Positions 13,873 to 27,800 of a DNA stretch of 64,000 bases are shown piece by piece. Under the pieces are notes generated by a model that saw nothing but the letters and a program-made list of their open reading frames with translations, searched no databases and was not told the DNA's origin. Every line of letters starts with the position of its first letter. Positions within the stretch are counted from its first letter, which is position 1. The translations under genes and the position numbers were made by a program. Source of the stretch: Camelus ferus (Eukaryota); contig NC_045696.1 in the NCBI RefSeq assembly GCF_009834535.1, positions 120,158,001 to 120,222,000 of the forward strand, given 5' to 3'.

Positions 13873-15757
13873 ACCCAGACACAAGTCTTAGTGTTGCAGA
13901 GCAGCAGTCACCCTCTGGGGCTCTGTGGGTGGCGAAGCTGAGAGGGGAACGGTGGGCGGTCCTATGCTGGGTGTCTAGGGTCTCAGCTGGGCTGGAGGAC
14001 CCGAGGTGACTTCCTCTCCCCGCCCTGGTGAGCTTCGGTTGCAGAAGGGCAGGTAGAGGTGGTCCTGCAAGGCTGCTGGGTCTCACAGGGAGGGGCGGAC
14101 TTGAGAGGGAGCAACCAAGGGGTCGGCCTGAAGCCACCGGGCTCTGAGCATGCTCAGAAGTCAGGCGGTAACTTGCCGGCCACAGTCTGCCGGGTCCAAG
14201 GGCGTCACTAAGTCCCATCCAGATTCAAGAGAAGGTGGGCGATCAGACCCCTCCTCTTGGGACGGGAGTGCAAGGTCACGTGCATGGCAGGAGAGCTCGG
14301 AGCTTTTGGCGTGGCCACCCTTGGAAAGCACAATCGGTCAGACTCACGGATTCAGTGTATTTTCAAAGTTTACCTACTGTGAGATGCTGGTTTAAATATG
14401 CACTGGTCACACATAAAGGCTTCATTAGATAGGACAAAAATCAGGTTATCTAAGGTCACAAAAAATAGTTACGTAAGAAAACCGGCAAGCCGCGAGGCAA
14501 GGCACGCCTTCTCGCGAGAAACTGGCACCTGGCTCTTGGCGTTGCCCGCCCTTCCACAGGCGTCGCCCTCTTCCTCTTGGAACTTCAGCTTCCTGCCTCT
14601 TGGAGTGTACGGACTGCGTTGTTTCCTCATCTGTGTGGAAGGATAGCCCTACCTGCCTCCTAGGTGTGCGGACTAAATGAGCCAAGGTGTGAAATGCACT
14701 TGGAACAGCGTCCAGCAGGGAGCAAACGGTGTCACTGTTGGTGGTGCTTTTCCGGCTGCTCTCTGACTTGAGCGTCCAACCCCGCGCCCAGGACGCATCC
14801 TCTGAGTGAGCGCGGGGCTCGTCCAACCGGCCTTTCCTCCCAGCAAGCTTCCTCCAGGGCCTGCACCAGGACACCTTGCTGCAGCCCATTGGCCATGGAT
14901 GGGGGAGGATTGGTCACCCACCCAGGGGAGAACATCATTAAAGCACACAACAAGGGGCACAGATAGTGGGGCGAGCATCCCTGGGACCAGAAGTGCCCCT
15001 GGAAACCAACTGAAAGCTCTAACAGTAAACAGCATTTATGACTTCTCACGGCAGCAAGAAGCATCACAGACAACATGGCAGTAAATGACTAAAAGCAGGC
15101 GCGAACGTGATGAAAGTTTAATGGAAAACACAAAGGAGACTGGGTAACGGGGCCAAATGGAGTCACCCACCATCTTCGCGGATGGGAGATTCAGCGTGGG
15201 AGAGTCCAGGCTCTGTCAGGCGGAACTGCAGTTCAGTGCGGTGCCAGTACGAGTCAGTGGGCGTGACTTGGTCCTGCTGTTGGGCTGCGCGATGCTGGTG
15301 TGTTGGGGAGTCTGCCCCACAGATCACGGGGACAGCCCTTAGCGCGGTGTTTAAAAACAGAGCAAGGGCTCAAAGAAAGGACTTTAGTGCATATGAAGAT
15401 TAGTGTGATGTAGGATTAATACCTGGCGCGGGACAAGTGGTCCTTCATGGGGTGTAAGAAAAGAGAGCCCTTCACCCCACACAGACCAGAGTTGCTGCAG
15501 ATGCAAGAACCAACCGTGAGCGTGAGCGTTTAGTTATGAAAGTTCCAGTAGTAACAGAAGTCATATGGAAACAACACATAGTTTGTTACTGTTTTTACTA
15601 AAGTACTGTCAGTGACAATGTGTCAATTTCTGGTGTAGAGCACAATGTCCCAGTCATGCATACATACATAGATTTGTTTTCATATTCTTTTTCATTAAAG
15701 GTTAGTATAAAGATACTGAATAGTTTCCTGCACTATACAGAAGAAACTTGGTTTTTA

Positions 15758-15807
<50 letters not shown>

Positions 15808-18800
15808 ATTAGTTAATATTTGCAAATCTCAAACTCACAAATTTATCCCTTCCCACTCCCTTTTCCTGGTAACCATAAGATTATTTACTGTATCTGTGAG
15901 TCTTTCTGTTTTGTAGATGAGTTTATAGTGTCCTCTGTTTTCTTTTTTTTAGATTCCACATATAAGTGATATCATATGGTATTTTTATTTCTCTTTCTGT
16001 CTTACTTCACTTAGAATGACAATCTCTAGATCCATCCATGTTGCAGCAAATGGCATTATTTTATTCTTTTTTATGGCTGAGTAGTATTTCATTGTATAAA
16101 TATACCATAGCTTCTTTATCCAGCCCTCTGTCAATGGACATTTAAATTGCTTCCAAGTCTTGGCAACAATTGATAGTTTTGACTCCAAATTTAAGAGTTG
16201 CATTTAAGGACAGACACCATGGATAAAGTTAGAAGGACAAGCATCACATATGGAGAGACATGTACCAGCTAAACAGTGCAAATATATCTGGAACACACAG
16301 AAATGTTCTATAAATTAGTAAGAGGTAGAAATTCCAGTCGAAAGTGGGCAATGGATAAACTAGTTATTTGCAGAAAAAGAAATGCAAATGGAAAATAAGT
16401 ACCCAAGAAGATGTTTGACTTTGTAAATACACATGAAAATGAAAATAAGAACATATTCTATTTATGCTAGCCTGATTGAAAAAATGTGAAAGATTGATAA
16501 TATCTGGGGCAGGGAAGTAGCCACTCTCATCACTGTTGATTGCAGGACACCTGTTTTTTTGCAGGATAATTTGGAAGAATTTATCAAAAATTAAAATATG
16601 CCTGTTTTTTGACCAGCAAACCCACTATTAAAAAGCCATGTATAACTCTCACAGACTTCAGACAATACTATAGAGCTACAGTCATCAAGACAGCATAGTA
16701 TTGGTACAAAAACAGACCTATAGACCAATGGAACAGAATAGAGAGCCCAGAAATGAACCCACAAACTTTTGGTCAACTAATCTTCGACAAAGGAGGCAAG
16801 AATATACAAGGGAATAAAGACAGTCTCTTCAGCAAATGGTGTTGGGAAAACTGGACAGCAGCATGTAAAGCAGTGAAGCTAGAACAATCCCTTATACCAT
16901 ACACAAAAATCAACTCAAAATGTATCAAAGACTTAAATATAAGACAAGATACAATAAACCTCCTAGAAGAAAATATAGGCAAAACATTATCTGACATACA
17001 TCTCAAAAATGTTCTCCTAGGGCAGTCTACCCAAGCAATAGAAATAAAAGCAAGAGTAAACAAATGGGACCTAATGAAACTTATAAGCTTCTGCACAACA
17101 AAGGAAACCATAAGTAAAACAAAACGAATGGGAGAAAATTTTTGCAAATGATGAAACCAGCAAAGGCTTGATCTCCAGAATATATAAGCAGCTCATACAA
17201 CATAATAAGAAAAAAACAAACAACCCAATCCAAAAATGGGCAGAAGATCTAAACAAGCAATTCTCCAAGGAAGACATACAAATGATCAAAAGGCACATGA
17301 AAAAATGCTCAATATCACTAATTATCAGAGAAATGCAAATCAAAACTACAATGAGGTATCACCTCACACCAGTCAGAATGGCCATCATTCAAAAGCCCAC
17401 AAATGACAAATGCTGGAGAGGCTGTGGAGAAAGGGGAACCCTCCTACACTGCTGGTGGGAATTCAGTTTGGTGCAGCCACTGTGGAAAACAGTGTGGAGA
17501 TTCCTCAAAAGGCTAGGAATAGACTTACCATATGACCCAGGGATCCCACTCCTGGGCATATATCCAGAAGGAACCCTACTTCAGGATGACACCTGCACCC
17601 CAGTGTTCATAGCAGCACTATATACAATAGCCAAGACATGGAAACAGCCTAAATGTCCATCAACAGATGACTGGATAAAGAAGAAGTGGTATATTTATAC
17701 AATGGAATACTATTCAGCCATAAAACCCGACAACATAACGCCATTTGCAGCAACATGGATGCTCCTGGAGAATGTCATTCTAAGTGAAGTAAGCCAGAAA
17801 GAGAAAGAAAAATACCATATGAGATCGCTCATATATAGAACCCCCCCCCCAAAGAACATAAATACAAAACAGAAAAAGACTCATGGACCTAGAATACAAA
17901 CTTGTGGTTGCCAAGAGGGTGAGGAAGGGACAGACTAGGAGTTCAAAATTTGTAGATACTGACAGTCATATGCAAAATAGATAAACAAGATTATACTGTA
18001 TAGCACAGGGAAATATACACAAGATCTTGTGGTAGCTCACACACACAAAAATGTGACAATGAATATATGTATGTTCATGTAGAACTGATATATTGTGCTC
18101 TACACTGGAATTTGACACAAGATTGTAAAATAACTATAACTCAAAAAAATGTTAAAAAAAAAAAAAGCATGTATAGTGGCTATTGGGGTAAGTGGAACTA
18201 GTCATGCAGAGAAAGACAAATACTGCTTTAGCTCACTTATATGTGGAATCTAAAGAAAGATAGAAGGAAAGAAAAAGAACGAACTAAACTCATAGAAAAA
18301 GAGATGAGACTTGGTTACCAGCGGGGTGGGGGAAGGGGACCTGGAGGAAGGTGGCCAAAAGGTACAAACTGCCAGGTGTGAGGTAAGTGCGTGCTAGGGA
18401 AATAATGGGCCACATGTGACTCCCGTTACCACTGCTGTGTGATCCACGGGAAAGTGGTCTAGAGAGTCAACAATGAGTTCTCATCACAAGGCAAAGAGCG
18501 TGTTCCCTTGTCTTTTGTCTTTGTGTCTGTATGGGACGGTGGGTGTTGACTGAGCCCTCCTTTCACAGCGGGTGGAAGTCAGAAACCTGCATCTGCTGCT
18601 TGGGGGTGGGCTGGGAAAGCAGATAGGGAAGAAATAAGAAAATCCATGTGTGAAGATGTGTGTACTAGTGTGATTACTTACCAGCAAACAGTGGGGAGCA
18701 GTCTAGAACTTTCCTCCTGGAGACCTGGATACGGAAGTTGTGCCCGGAAGCCAGCTTTTTGGCTGGCAGTGAAATGTCACAATTACACAAAGTGTACATG

Positions 18801-21800
18801 TTATATAGAAATTCCTTATAGGGCCTTCATGTTTAGACTCTCCCTGCCCATAGAGGATGGAAGCCGTGGTCAGGGTGGGGAGAGAACGCGGGCTGCAGCC
18901 GACGGAAGGAGAACCAAGAACCCGGGGAAGCACCTCGGGGCAGAAGCCCCCTGAGAGCCGTGGACTGAGCCCAGCCCGGGAAGAAAACGTGCCTGGAACG
19001 CGGCACTCCTCCCGCTCCCGGCGCGCACGCCCTGACCTCTCGCCTGGACTGTTGCGGGAGCTCCCCCACCACGCACAGCGGTCGGAAGGGCCCAGATGGA
19101 ATCTGTCAGGTGGTGCCCCTCGCCCCTCCCCTGCTCAGGGATCCTGGTTTCACCTCGAGGAGAAGGAAGCCCTGGTGAGGCCCCTCCCGGGCTGCACCGG
19201 GGGAACCGCACCCCACCCTCGGGCTCCGACGGCCTCAGCCCACCGGGCTGTTCTAGGACGACACGGGCTTCTCCCGCCTCGTGGGCCGGGCTGGCTGTCC
19301 CTCTGCCTGGACGGCTCCTTCCTCACCTCCTTCAAGCCTGTTCTCCGATGTCACTGCCCACAAGAGGCCTCCAGGTGACAGTCCACACTGCCCTTCACGT
19401 CCTCTCCTTGGGAGGCACTCCCTGTGATGAAATGTGTAACTGCTGGGAGGCTGGGCACCAGCGTCCAGGAACCCTGCGTCCTGTCTCTGCAACTCTTGTA
19501 AATCTAAAATTATTTCAAAGTAAAACGTTTAACCCACCGCCCCCAAAACCAGCTCACGTTTGTTGGGAGCTTTGTATGCGTTAGTTGAACGGCTACACGT
19601 GCGTATGTTTTCTCTTCTTATCTCATCCACAAAATAAGATGCTTTTCTTCGTCTTATTCCCGTTTCTCATAGAATAACTTGCACCAGCCCAGCATTTGAA
19701 AAGCTTTGTTGATGTAATTCTCTCCGCTGTCCTGATTTTAATCAACAGCTTTAAGCAGCCCCTGTGAGCAATCGGACATCGATTTTTAAATGCAATAGAA
19801 CTTAATTCCTAATGAGAAACACAGGGAGCCCAAATTTCCCTCTCAAAACAATTTAGCCTATTGCCCATCATAAAGCAATTTCCATTTCTTATGAGAACAT
19901 CCTGGAGCTGTTCTGCCCAATTAGAAAACAGGATCTATTAGGGATGTAGGTGAATTGAACAAATATTTACTTACAGTATTTAACTTAGTTACACATAAAC
20001 GTTCTGAAGTCTTTATTATGTAAAAAGATATATTAAATTGGAAATTCTTTTTTCTCATATTTTTTCAAGCCATTTTATTCAAAACTCTTCCCATGTAATT
20101 TCTTTCTTAATTTATTGAAGCATACTTATTCTTTTTTTATTCAAGTATAGTTGATGTACAATATTATATGTTACAGGTGTACAATATTATATGTTACAGG
20201 TGTACAATATAGTGATTCACAATTTTTAAAAGTTATGCTCCATTTATAGTTACTATAAAATATTGACTATATTCCCCGTTTTGTGCAACATATCTTTGTA
20301 GCTCATTCCATGTAATTTCTATATTTCTTTGGCATTCCTGGAGCCACTTTCCAGAAGCATCGCACCGGGTTTTCTAGAGTATATTGTGTTCACTTCTAAA
20401 TGTTTTTCAGATAAACCACTTTTAAGTCTATTTACGAAATCTGTCACTGCAAATTTTACTTCTGGCTTCAAAAACTTGTTGCCTCATTTTTCTTGTGAGA
20501 GTATTTTTAGGTACTCAGGAATGTAATTACAAATTCTGTTGTTTGTAAAAGTGATTTTTAAAAGTCCTGTTTCATGATCTAACATTTGAAATTGTGAGGT
20601 CTCACCCTCAAATATAATAAATAATCTCTGTCAGATTTCTTTATTTCCTTTCTTCTTTAACTGATCTGGTAGGTGACTTCCATAAACATCCCATAAATAT
20701 CTCAAATTACCTGACTGGGTGTCAATCCTACGCTGTTCAAAGCCAAGTAATGGAGAGAGGGCTCTGAAATACAGGAGACTGTGAAGACTCAAATTAAGGA
20801 TACTTTTTTTTTCCCTGAGGACTGATTTTGAAAAAACACATACCTAATCACGTAGATACAACAACTGGAACTTTAGAAATTATAAACAGAAGTCATAGGA
20901 GTGGGTTTTTTCCTTTTTCATCACGTTTCTTTTTAATTTTTAAGTGTAGTAAAACACAGGTAATGTAAACTTGATGGTCCTAACTGCTTCTAAGTGTTTG
21001 AAGCTCAGTGACATCAGGTACATTCACGTTGTTGTGCGGCCCCTCCCCTCACCCATGTCCAGAACTCTTCCATCTTGCAAACTGGAACTCTGTACCCATT
21101 AACACTACCTCCCCGTCCCCCTCTCCCCCAGCCCCGAGCCACCACTGTTCTACTTTCTGTCTCTATGAATTTGACTACTCCACGTGTCTCTTTAAGTAGA
21201 ATCACACTGTATTTGTCTTCTTGGCTTATCTCACTCAGCATAATGTCCTCAAGTTTCATCCATGTTGTAGCATGCCAGAATCTCCTTCCTTTTCAAGGCT
21301 GAATAATATTCCATGGTATCTGTATGCCCCCTTTTGTGTCTCCATCCATCCATCAATGGACACTTGGGTTGCTTTCACCTTTTGGCTGTTGCAAATAATA
21401 CTGTGTATGTGGGTGTGCAGAGATCTCTTTGAGACCCAGCTTTCAATTCTTTGGGGGTGTATATTCCAAAAGTGGAATTGTTGGCTCATGTGGTAATTCT
21501 GTTTTTACTTTTTTTTTGAGATACTACAATACTGTTTTCCATAGCAGCTGTATTCTTTTCTATTTCCACCCCAAATGCATTGGGGTTCCAACTTCTTCAC
21601 ATCCTTGCCAACGTTTGTTTTTGTTTGTTTATTGCTAATAGCCATCCTGAGTGGGTTTTTAGAAATTTTTTTATTTTTTATTTTTAATTTCCAAGATTAA
21701 CTTACTTACTTTCTTAATTTATTTATTCATTTTATTGATGTAGAGTTGATTTACAATGTTGTGTTAGTTTCTAGTGCACAGCATAGTGATATATATATAT

Positions 21801-24800
21801 ATATATATATGTTCTTTTTGGTATTCTTTTTCATTAGAGGTTATTACAAAGTATTGAATAAAGTTCCCTGGGTTATACAGTAGGACATTATTGTTTGTTT
21901 ATTTTATAGATACTAGTTTATATCTGCTAATCCCAAACTCCTAATTTATCCTTTCCCCCTTTCCCCTTTGATAACTGTAAGTTTGTTTTCTATGTCTGAG
22001 TCTCTTTCTGTTTTGTAAGTAAGTTCATTTGTGTCATTTTTTTAAGATTCTGAGTGGGTTTATTTTTAACGTTTTGTTAAAAATAAAATTAACAATTTTT
22101 CCTCAGTGTCCTTGCTTTATGAGGGACATTTGTTTTATATATAACAATTATTTTCTAATAAAGATGACAACCATTTATTCATGATTGATGACACTGGATA
22201 GTGCAATGTAAACCAGCACATCTGTGAGGGTTACATTTTTCAGATGAAGCTTAAACACCACATATTGAACCTAAAAATTCTTATAAGCTAGGAAGAAAGA
22301 GGAGAAAAGACATTTATTTGGCACCTACTGTGTGTTAGGCTCTGCGTTAGGCACTTTGTGTATATTTTGACACAACCTTCATCACAACTCTACTGATATG
22401 TGTTAATACTTTCTTTATGTATATTCAGAAATAGAAACTCAGAGAGAGTAAGTGACTTGCTAAGGTCAGGTAGACAGCGTTGCAGGTGTGTCCAAACCCA
22501 TGTCTTTTTGTTTGTTTGTTTTTATGAGGGGGAGGTAATGAGGTTTATTCATTTATTTCTATTTGGAGGAGGTAATTGAAATTGAACCTGGGACCTCGTG
22601 CATGCTAAGCATGCGCTCTACCACTTGAGCTATACCCTCCCCACCAAACCCACGTCTTGTGTTGTGCCCTGCTATTACTTGCTGTCTGTTAGGCATAAAG
22701 CACCTCATTTGTCCAATCCATGTGGTTTGTGACATCCTTTCAATACAATAGCTCATGCGTTCAATACAACAATCCTATGAGTGGTTAGAATCCATGTTAT
22801 CCAGATCCATATTTTTTTTTTGCCAGTGGAGGAAATTGTAATTCACAGAGTCATGTGCTCACAAAACTTGTTGGAGGCAGAGCTGGGACTCAAACCCAGG
22901 TCCTTTCATTCCAGATCCGGAGGACCTCTCACTTTACCATGATCCCTTTTACTGTCCTGGGCAGCTCACACAGGGAAGTCATCCAGCCTTGTTAAGAGAA
23001 AGTTAGATATTACATTTGTAGACCCTCTTTTTGATGAAAGGTCTTGGGATGTACAGTGCTTTCTAATTTATATTCGATCAACTTAGTAAAAGGCCTGACA
23101 TCTCCCGTTCCGTTCCTTATTCAATACCTTGATCAAAAGGTTACGTTCATTAACATAATTCAGGGAGTCATTCTTCAAATCCTGATTGGATGTTACCGTG
23201 TGCCAGACGCCGTACTTAGGGCTGGAAATCCAGAGATAAATAAATGAGACGTTGTCCTTGTCTCCAGGAAGCTCACAATATACCAGGAATATAACACAAA
23301 AACATAATAACAAGCAATATAACAGTAAAAGCTTCTCAGGAGAGGACGTATGACATATGATCTACACCTTAGACAGAGACTGGATTTCATCTAGAAAAGA
23401 AAGAGTTAAATAGTGGTTTATTCTTTGTGGAGCCGTGAGGAAACCTTCATCCAGTTTTAGCTGCCTGAAGGAAATATTCAGACACATCTTCTGTTTGATT
23501 TGAATGCTTAAGTTTTTGCCCATGTGGCTTGACTGAATTGATCAAAACAGAGAGAGAGTTCAGATTCGTGTGATTTGGAGTCATCAGTGTGGGCAGTTGA
23601 TGGGTGAACATTCTGATTGCCTTGCAGGTCATCCAACCATGTCTTTGAGGATGTAAAAGTGATTGCAAGGACCATGTCGTTATTTTACCCATTCTGACAG
23701 TTGCTCATTGCTGGCTGGAATTGGTCGGATGGGGACAGAGGTTGTTGCTTGACTGTCTCCATGTGTATCTTTACTCCACAGGGAGAAAGAGGTCCCCGAG
23801 GTCTTCCTGGACTCCGAGGTGAGGACGGATGCCGGGGCAGGAGAGGACCCAAGGTGAGTGTGACCTCGAGCTGTGGAGGTCTTTCCCTGTCTCTGGAGTT
23901 TGAGGAAAATCTTAATTCTTCAGCGTAGCTCTGGTGTTTTAGCTCTTTCTCAGACTAAGGGAGCAGAGCAGTGGAGCCTGAGGAAAGGAATCCAGTGCGA
24001 AATCTAGTGTTTATTTGGGGAGTGGGGGTGGGGGTCACAGTAAACCCGAGTAGAGGAGTAGAGAAGTTAGACAGAAGGGAAGGTGGCCTAAAAAGGGTGC
24101 ATTATTATTTGATTACACTGTGGGTGGATAGAGCTTAATCCTGCTGAGAAGCAGTGGGGGCCAGTGAGCGCAACTCACCCCCAGGGGGAGGGAGCGGGAG
24201 TATGTGTGCACCAGATCCCATAGGGCATTAGTTGAGGGCTGCTCCCAGGGGACACTGATGCCCCAGCACTTCTGGCCGGTCTCGTGTGTGGACAGACTCC
24301 GATACCAGGAAAAACCCTCAGGAGGAGACCCACAGAGGTGGCAGTTGGAAGTTGGGCTTGAGAACAATGAGATTTTAAAGGCTCAGTGGTAGACTTTGTG
24401 CTTAACAAGCACAAGGTCCTGGGTTCAATCCCCAGTGCCTCCATTAAAACAAACAAACAAATAAATTAAAAGCCAAATGTAGGGATCATGAGTGGGAAAC
24501 CCTTTTTCAGTGGTTTCTTTAAATGCCTCTTAACCATCTAGGATTAGAGAATGTCCTTTAATAAGGCCAGATAATTATTTTTACATCCAGCTTCAGAGTC
24601 CTCTGGAGTTTTTCTGATCACAGTGACCATATTCTGTATCTTCTACCAAGTTTGTCTTTCAATTACTTTGTCTTATGGTTCCCGGAAGCCTTTGCATGCT
24701 TGTGAATCAGTGTATTCCCATTTTTGTTTGGAAGAGTATGATTGTTGTCATAAACGACAGGTTACCGCTGTTTCTGGCTCTCCCCCTACTGTGGGAGGAG

Positions 24801-27800
24801 TTACAAGGCGCACTTTTCTCCACGTCACAGTGCAGGGGAGTGGTAGTAATCAGTGATGTCCATGTGGTCACTGGAGAAGAAATCTCCATTTTGATCCAAA
24901 ACTTGCAGTTTCTTTTTTTAAAATTTTATTCTTAATTGAAGTGTAGTTGATTTACAATGTTAATTTCAGCTGTACAGCAAAGTGATTCAGTCATACATAC
25001 ATATGGACATATATATTTCAGATTCTTTTCCACTGTATGTTATTACAAGAAATTGACTATAGTTCCCTGTGCTAGACAGTAGTTTCTTGTTGTTTATCTA
25101 TTTTATATATAGTAATGTGTGTATCAAAATTGCAGTTTCTTGAAATTAGGGAACATATGGTTTCCTAAATGAAACAGTGGCTTAAAAGTGTCATTCAAGC
25201 TCAGCTGTTTTTATTTGTTTTGAATTTTAGGGAGCAAGAGGATTTTCTGGAGAAAAGGTGAGTGGTCTTCCTTATTCTCAAAGTGGGGAGTGGCTTCTTT
25301 GGGAAACACAACATCAAGTTCACTGATTTTTTCCTTTGCTTGAGTAAGGTGGGGCTTAACACTTGGGGATAGATGTGTCAGGTGGTGTTAACAGCCAAAC
25401 TGTCACGCTAATGAATGGCTGTCTGTAAGGTAAGTATTTCAGGTTTGAATCTGGACCTATAAGATAATTTTCAAGCCTTGCTGACTACAATGATGGAGCC
25501 ACAAGATTATCATGTTTATCTGAAAGAGTTGGTTCTGAATTCAAGGTGTGTTCAGGAGGGTTTGGTCATGTGAGGTGTCACGTGGGAGAGGGATGCAGGA
25601 CAGGGCTGGTAAGGAGCTGGTGCAGCAGGGAGTGGCTTTACGTCCAGATTCAGAAGCCAAGTACCCATTTGCCCATTCATTCATTCATTCATTCAACAAA
25701 CATGTATTAGGAACCTGCTCTGTTCCCCGCATTATCCTAGGGAATGAATACCAAGTGATGAATGGATCAGACAAGGGCTTATGGATCTCATTTACCAGGT
25801 CTCCTGGGACCACTATGTCCTGTGCCAAACGTAGCACGTCATTCTAGTCCTAGAGTTTCCTGTGCGTATTTTCATTCACTAAAATCAGCTGTCCTTTGGC
25901 TAAAACAAAAATGCCTGAAACTTGATTTCCTCGTGTGGCCAGTAGGAGTACATCGACCACCCCACGTGTGTAAAATGCATTTTATTCTGCTTGCAACACT
26001 CTGGATCTTTTTGTTTTTTCTTCAGAAGATGCTTTATAATAAATAGATTCACTGTCCTTTTGAGTTGGTTGGTAAAACAACGAGCCCGTGATTTGAAAGC
26101 GATGGAAAGCTTGATGGGGTAGCACAATGCTGTGGCCAGTTGTTACTCTTATCGTAGTCAGCCCCAGCTTTTCAGCTCTTCTCTAAAGAAGTCTTCTTTT
26201 CTTTTTTTAAGTCATAAGTCTTTCCAAATGCACACACGTCCAAACACACTCATTTAATTCCTGCTTAATCTGCGATCTTTGGAGTTTCCATTATGCAGAT
26301 GAATTCAGGCATGTTTGCCAGTCTTTTTATTTACTTATTTATTTTGTTGGGGGAAGATAATTAGGGGTGTTTATTTATTCATTTATTTTTCTAATGAAGG
26401 TACTGGGATTGAACCCAGGACCTCGCGCATGCTGGGCATGCCCTCTACCACTGAGCTATACCCTCTTCTCTTTGCCAGTCTTTTTACATTAAAAAAAAAA
26501 AAAAAAAGGTCAATGACACAAGGACCATCGTAGACAACCAGTGAGAAATGTTTCATTCAGTCCGGTGAGAGTTACCGTGCTTGTCACAGTGTAAAAGTTT
26601 AAAAGGAAGTCTTTCTATCCATTCAAAATCTGAATTTCTTTTTTTCTTCTATTTTTCTTTAGCATCTGAAACTGTCAGGAAAAACAGTATATATCGCTAA
26701 TATCCATTTCAGGAAGAAAATAATCACTGCTTTTTAATACTTGAATGCTGAATATAAATGTTGTTTGGGAGACCTAGATTCTTCTACCTTCTGAGAATAA
26801 TATTAGCAAGGAAATTAACATGCAAGCAGTAACCAGGGACACCTGGTCCTCTGGTCCCTAACGTCCTCATCTTCCTTTGCTCCACAGGGCAGCCCTGGTG
26901 AGGAGGGTCTTGACGGCTTGGATGGAGAACAGGTACAGACAGTTTCTCATTCTATGTCCCCAGCTCTCCCCACCCTCATGAGTTTGACATTAATACTCTT
27001 CATATTTCTCACAACTAGTCTGGAAATTTAAATAAACACGCATGCTCACCAATGTCTAAAGTTAATCTATGTGTTTGTTCTTGTGTTCAAAATACAAGGA
27101 ACCTATAAACTTAGCTCTCATATCACATGTTGTTGTCGGAGTTTTATTTTCACCTTTTACTTTTGTTAATTCTAGTAACTAGACATTGTTATAATGATTG
27201 CTTTATTTAATCAATACTTACCTAGCTTTACCATCATATTTATTACTGTCACTGATGCCTTCAAAAAATGTGAAAAGATCATGCTTCTTTTGCCTAAAAT
27301 ACAACTTGTAGATTTTTTTCTTTGATGAAGGTTGTAAATGCTCCTGGTTGTTTTTTTCTCTGACAATTTCATGATTTCACCGTTTTTCTTGAAAGATCAC
27401 TCTTGGGTATACAATTATTTTCTCTCAGCACTTTAGAAATGAAATTTCATCCTCTCCTGGCTGACTTTCATCTTTGCTCTTAAGAAGTTATCCATCAAGG
27501 AACTGTTGTCCCTTTGTTAGTGATCTTTGAAAAAAATATCAGGCTGCTTTACAGCTTTCCTTTGTTTCTCGTTTCCTGCAGTTTCAATATGATGTTCCAG
27601 GCATGAATTTCTTTTCACTTATCCTATTTGGGACTTAGTAAGCTTTTGAATCGGAGCATTTGTGTCTCCAGGTTTTGGAAAATCCTTAGCAGATGATCAT
27701 TTTGAAATTTTAATCCTTCCCACTTTCTCTCTTATCTCCTTCTGGAAGTCTAATTAGAAATTTGTAGACCTTCTCACTTTATCCTCAATGTCTCTTAGCC

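Noticed and set aside
13559..14218. Poly-Ser/Asn and poly-Val/Ala ORFs
   Set aside because: Translations of the CAG/CAA microsatellite with no splice or homology support.
16753..17938. Long ORFs (132 and 256 aa), and the 230-aa ORF at 51732..52424
   Set aside because: C-terminal L1 ORF2 pieces in 5'-truncated copies; not host genes and not autonomous elements.
18833..19584. Cluster of overlapping 79-173 aa ORFs
   Set aside because: Stop-codon depletion in a GC-rich patch; ORFs occur in many frames and have no recognisable domain.
20155..20210. 23-bp perfect tandem duplication
   Set aside because: Local slippage within an L1 tail; no functional hint.
22507..22643. tRNA-Ala-like sequences (also near 24380, 26330, 57970, 62339)
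   Set aside because: A-rich tails, target duplications on some copies and degenerate stems mark them as SINEs, not tRNA genes.
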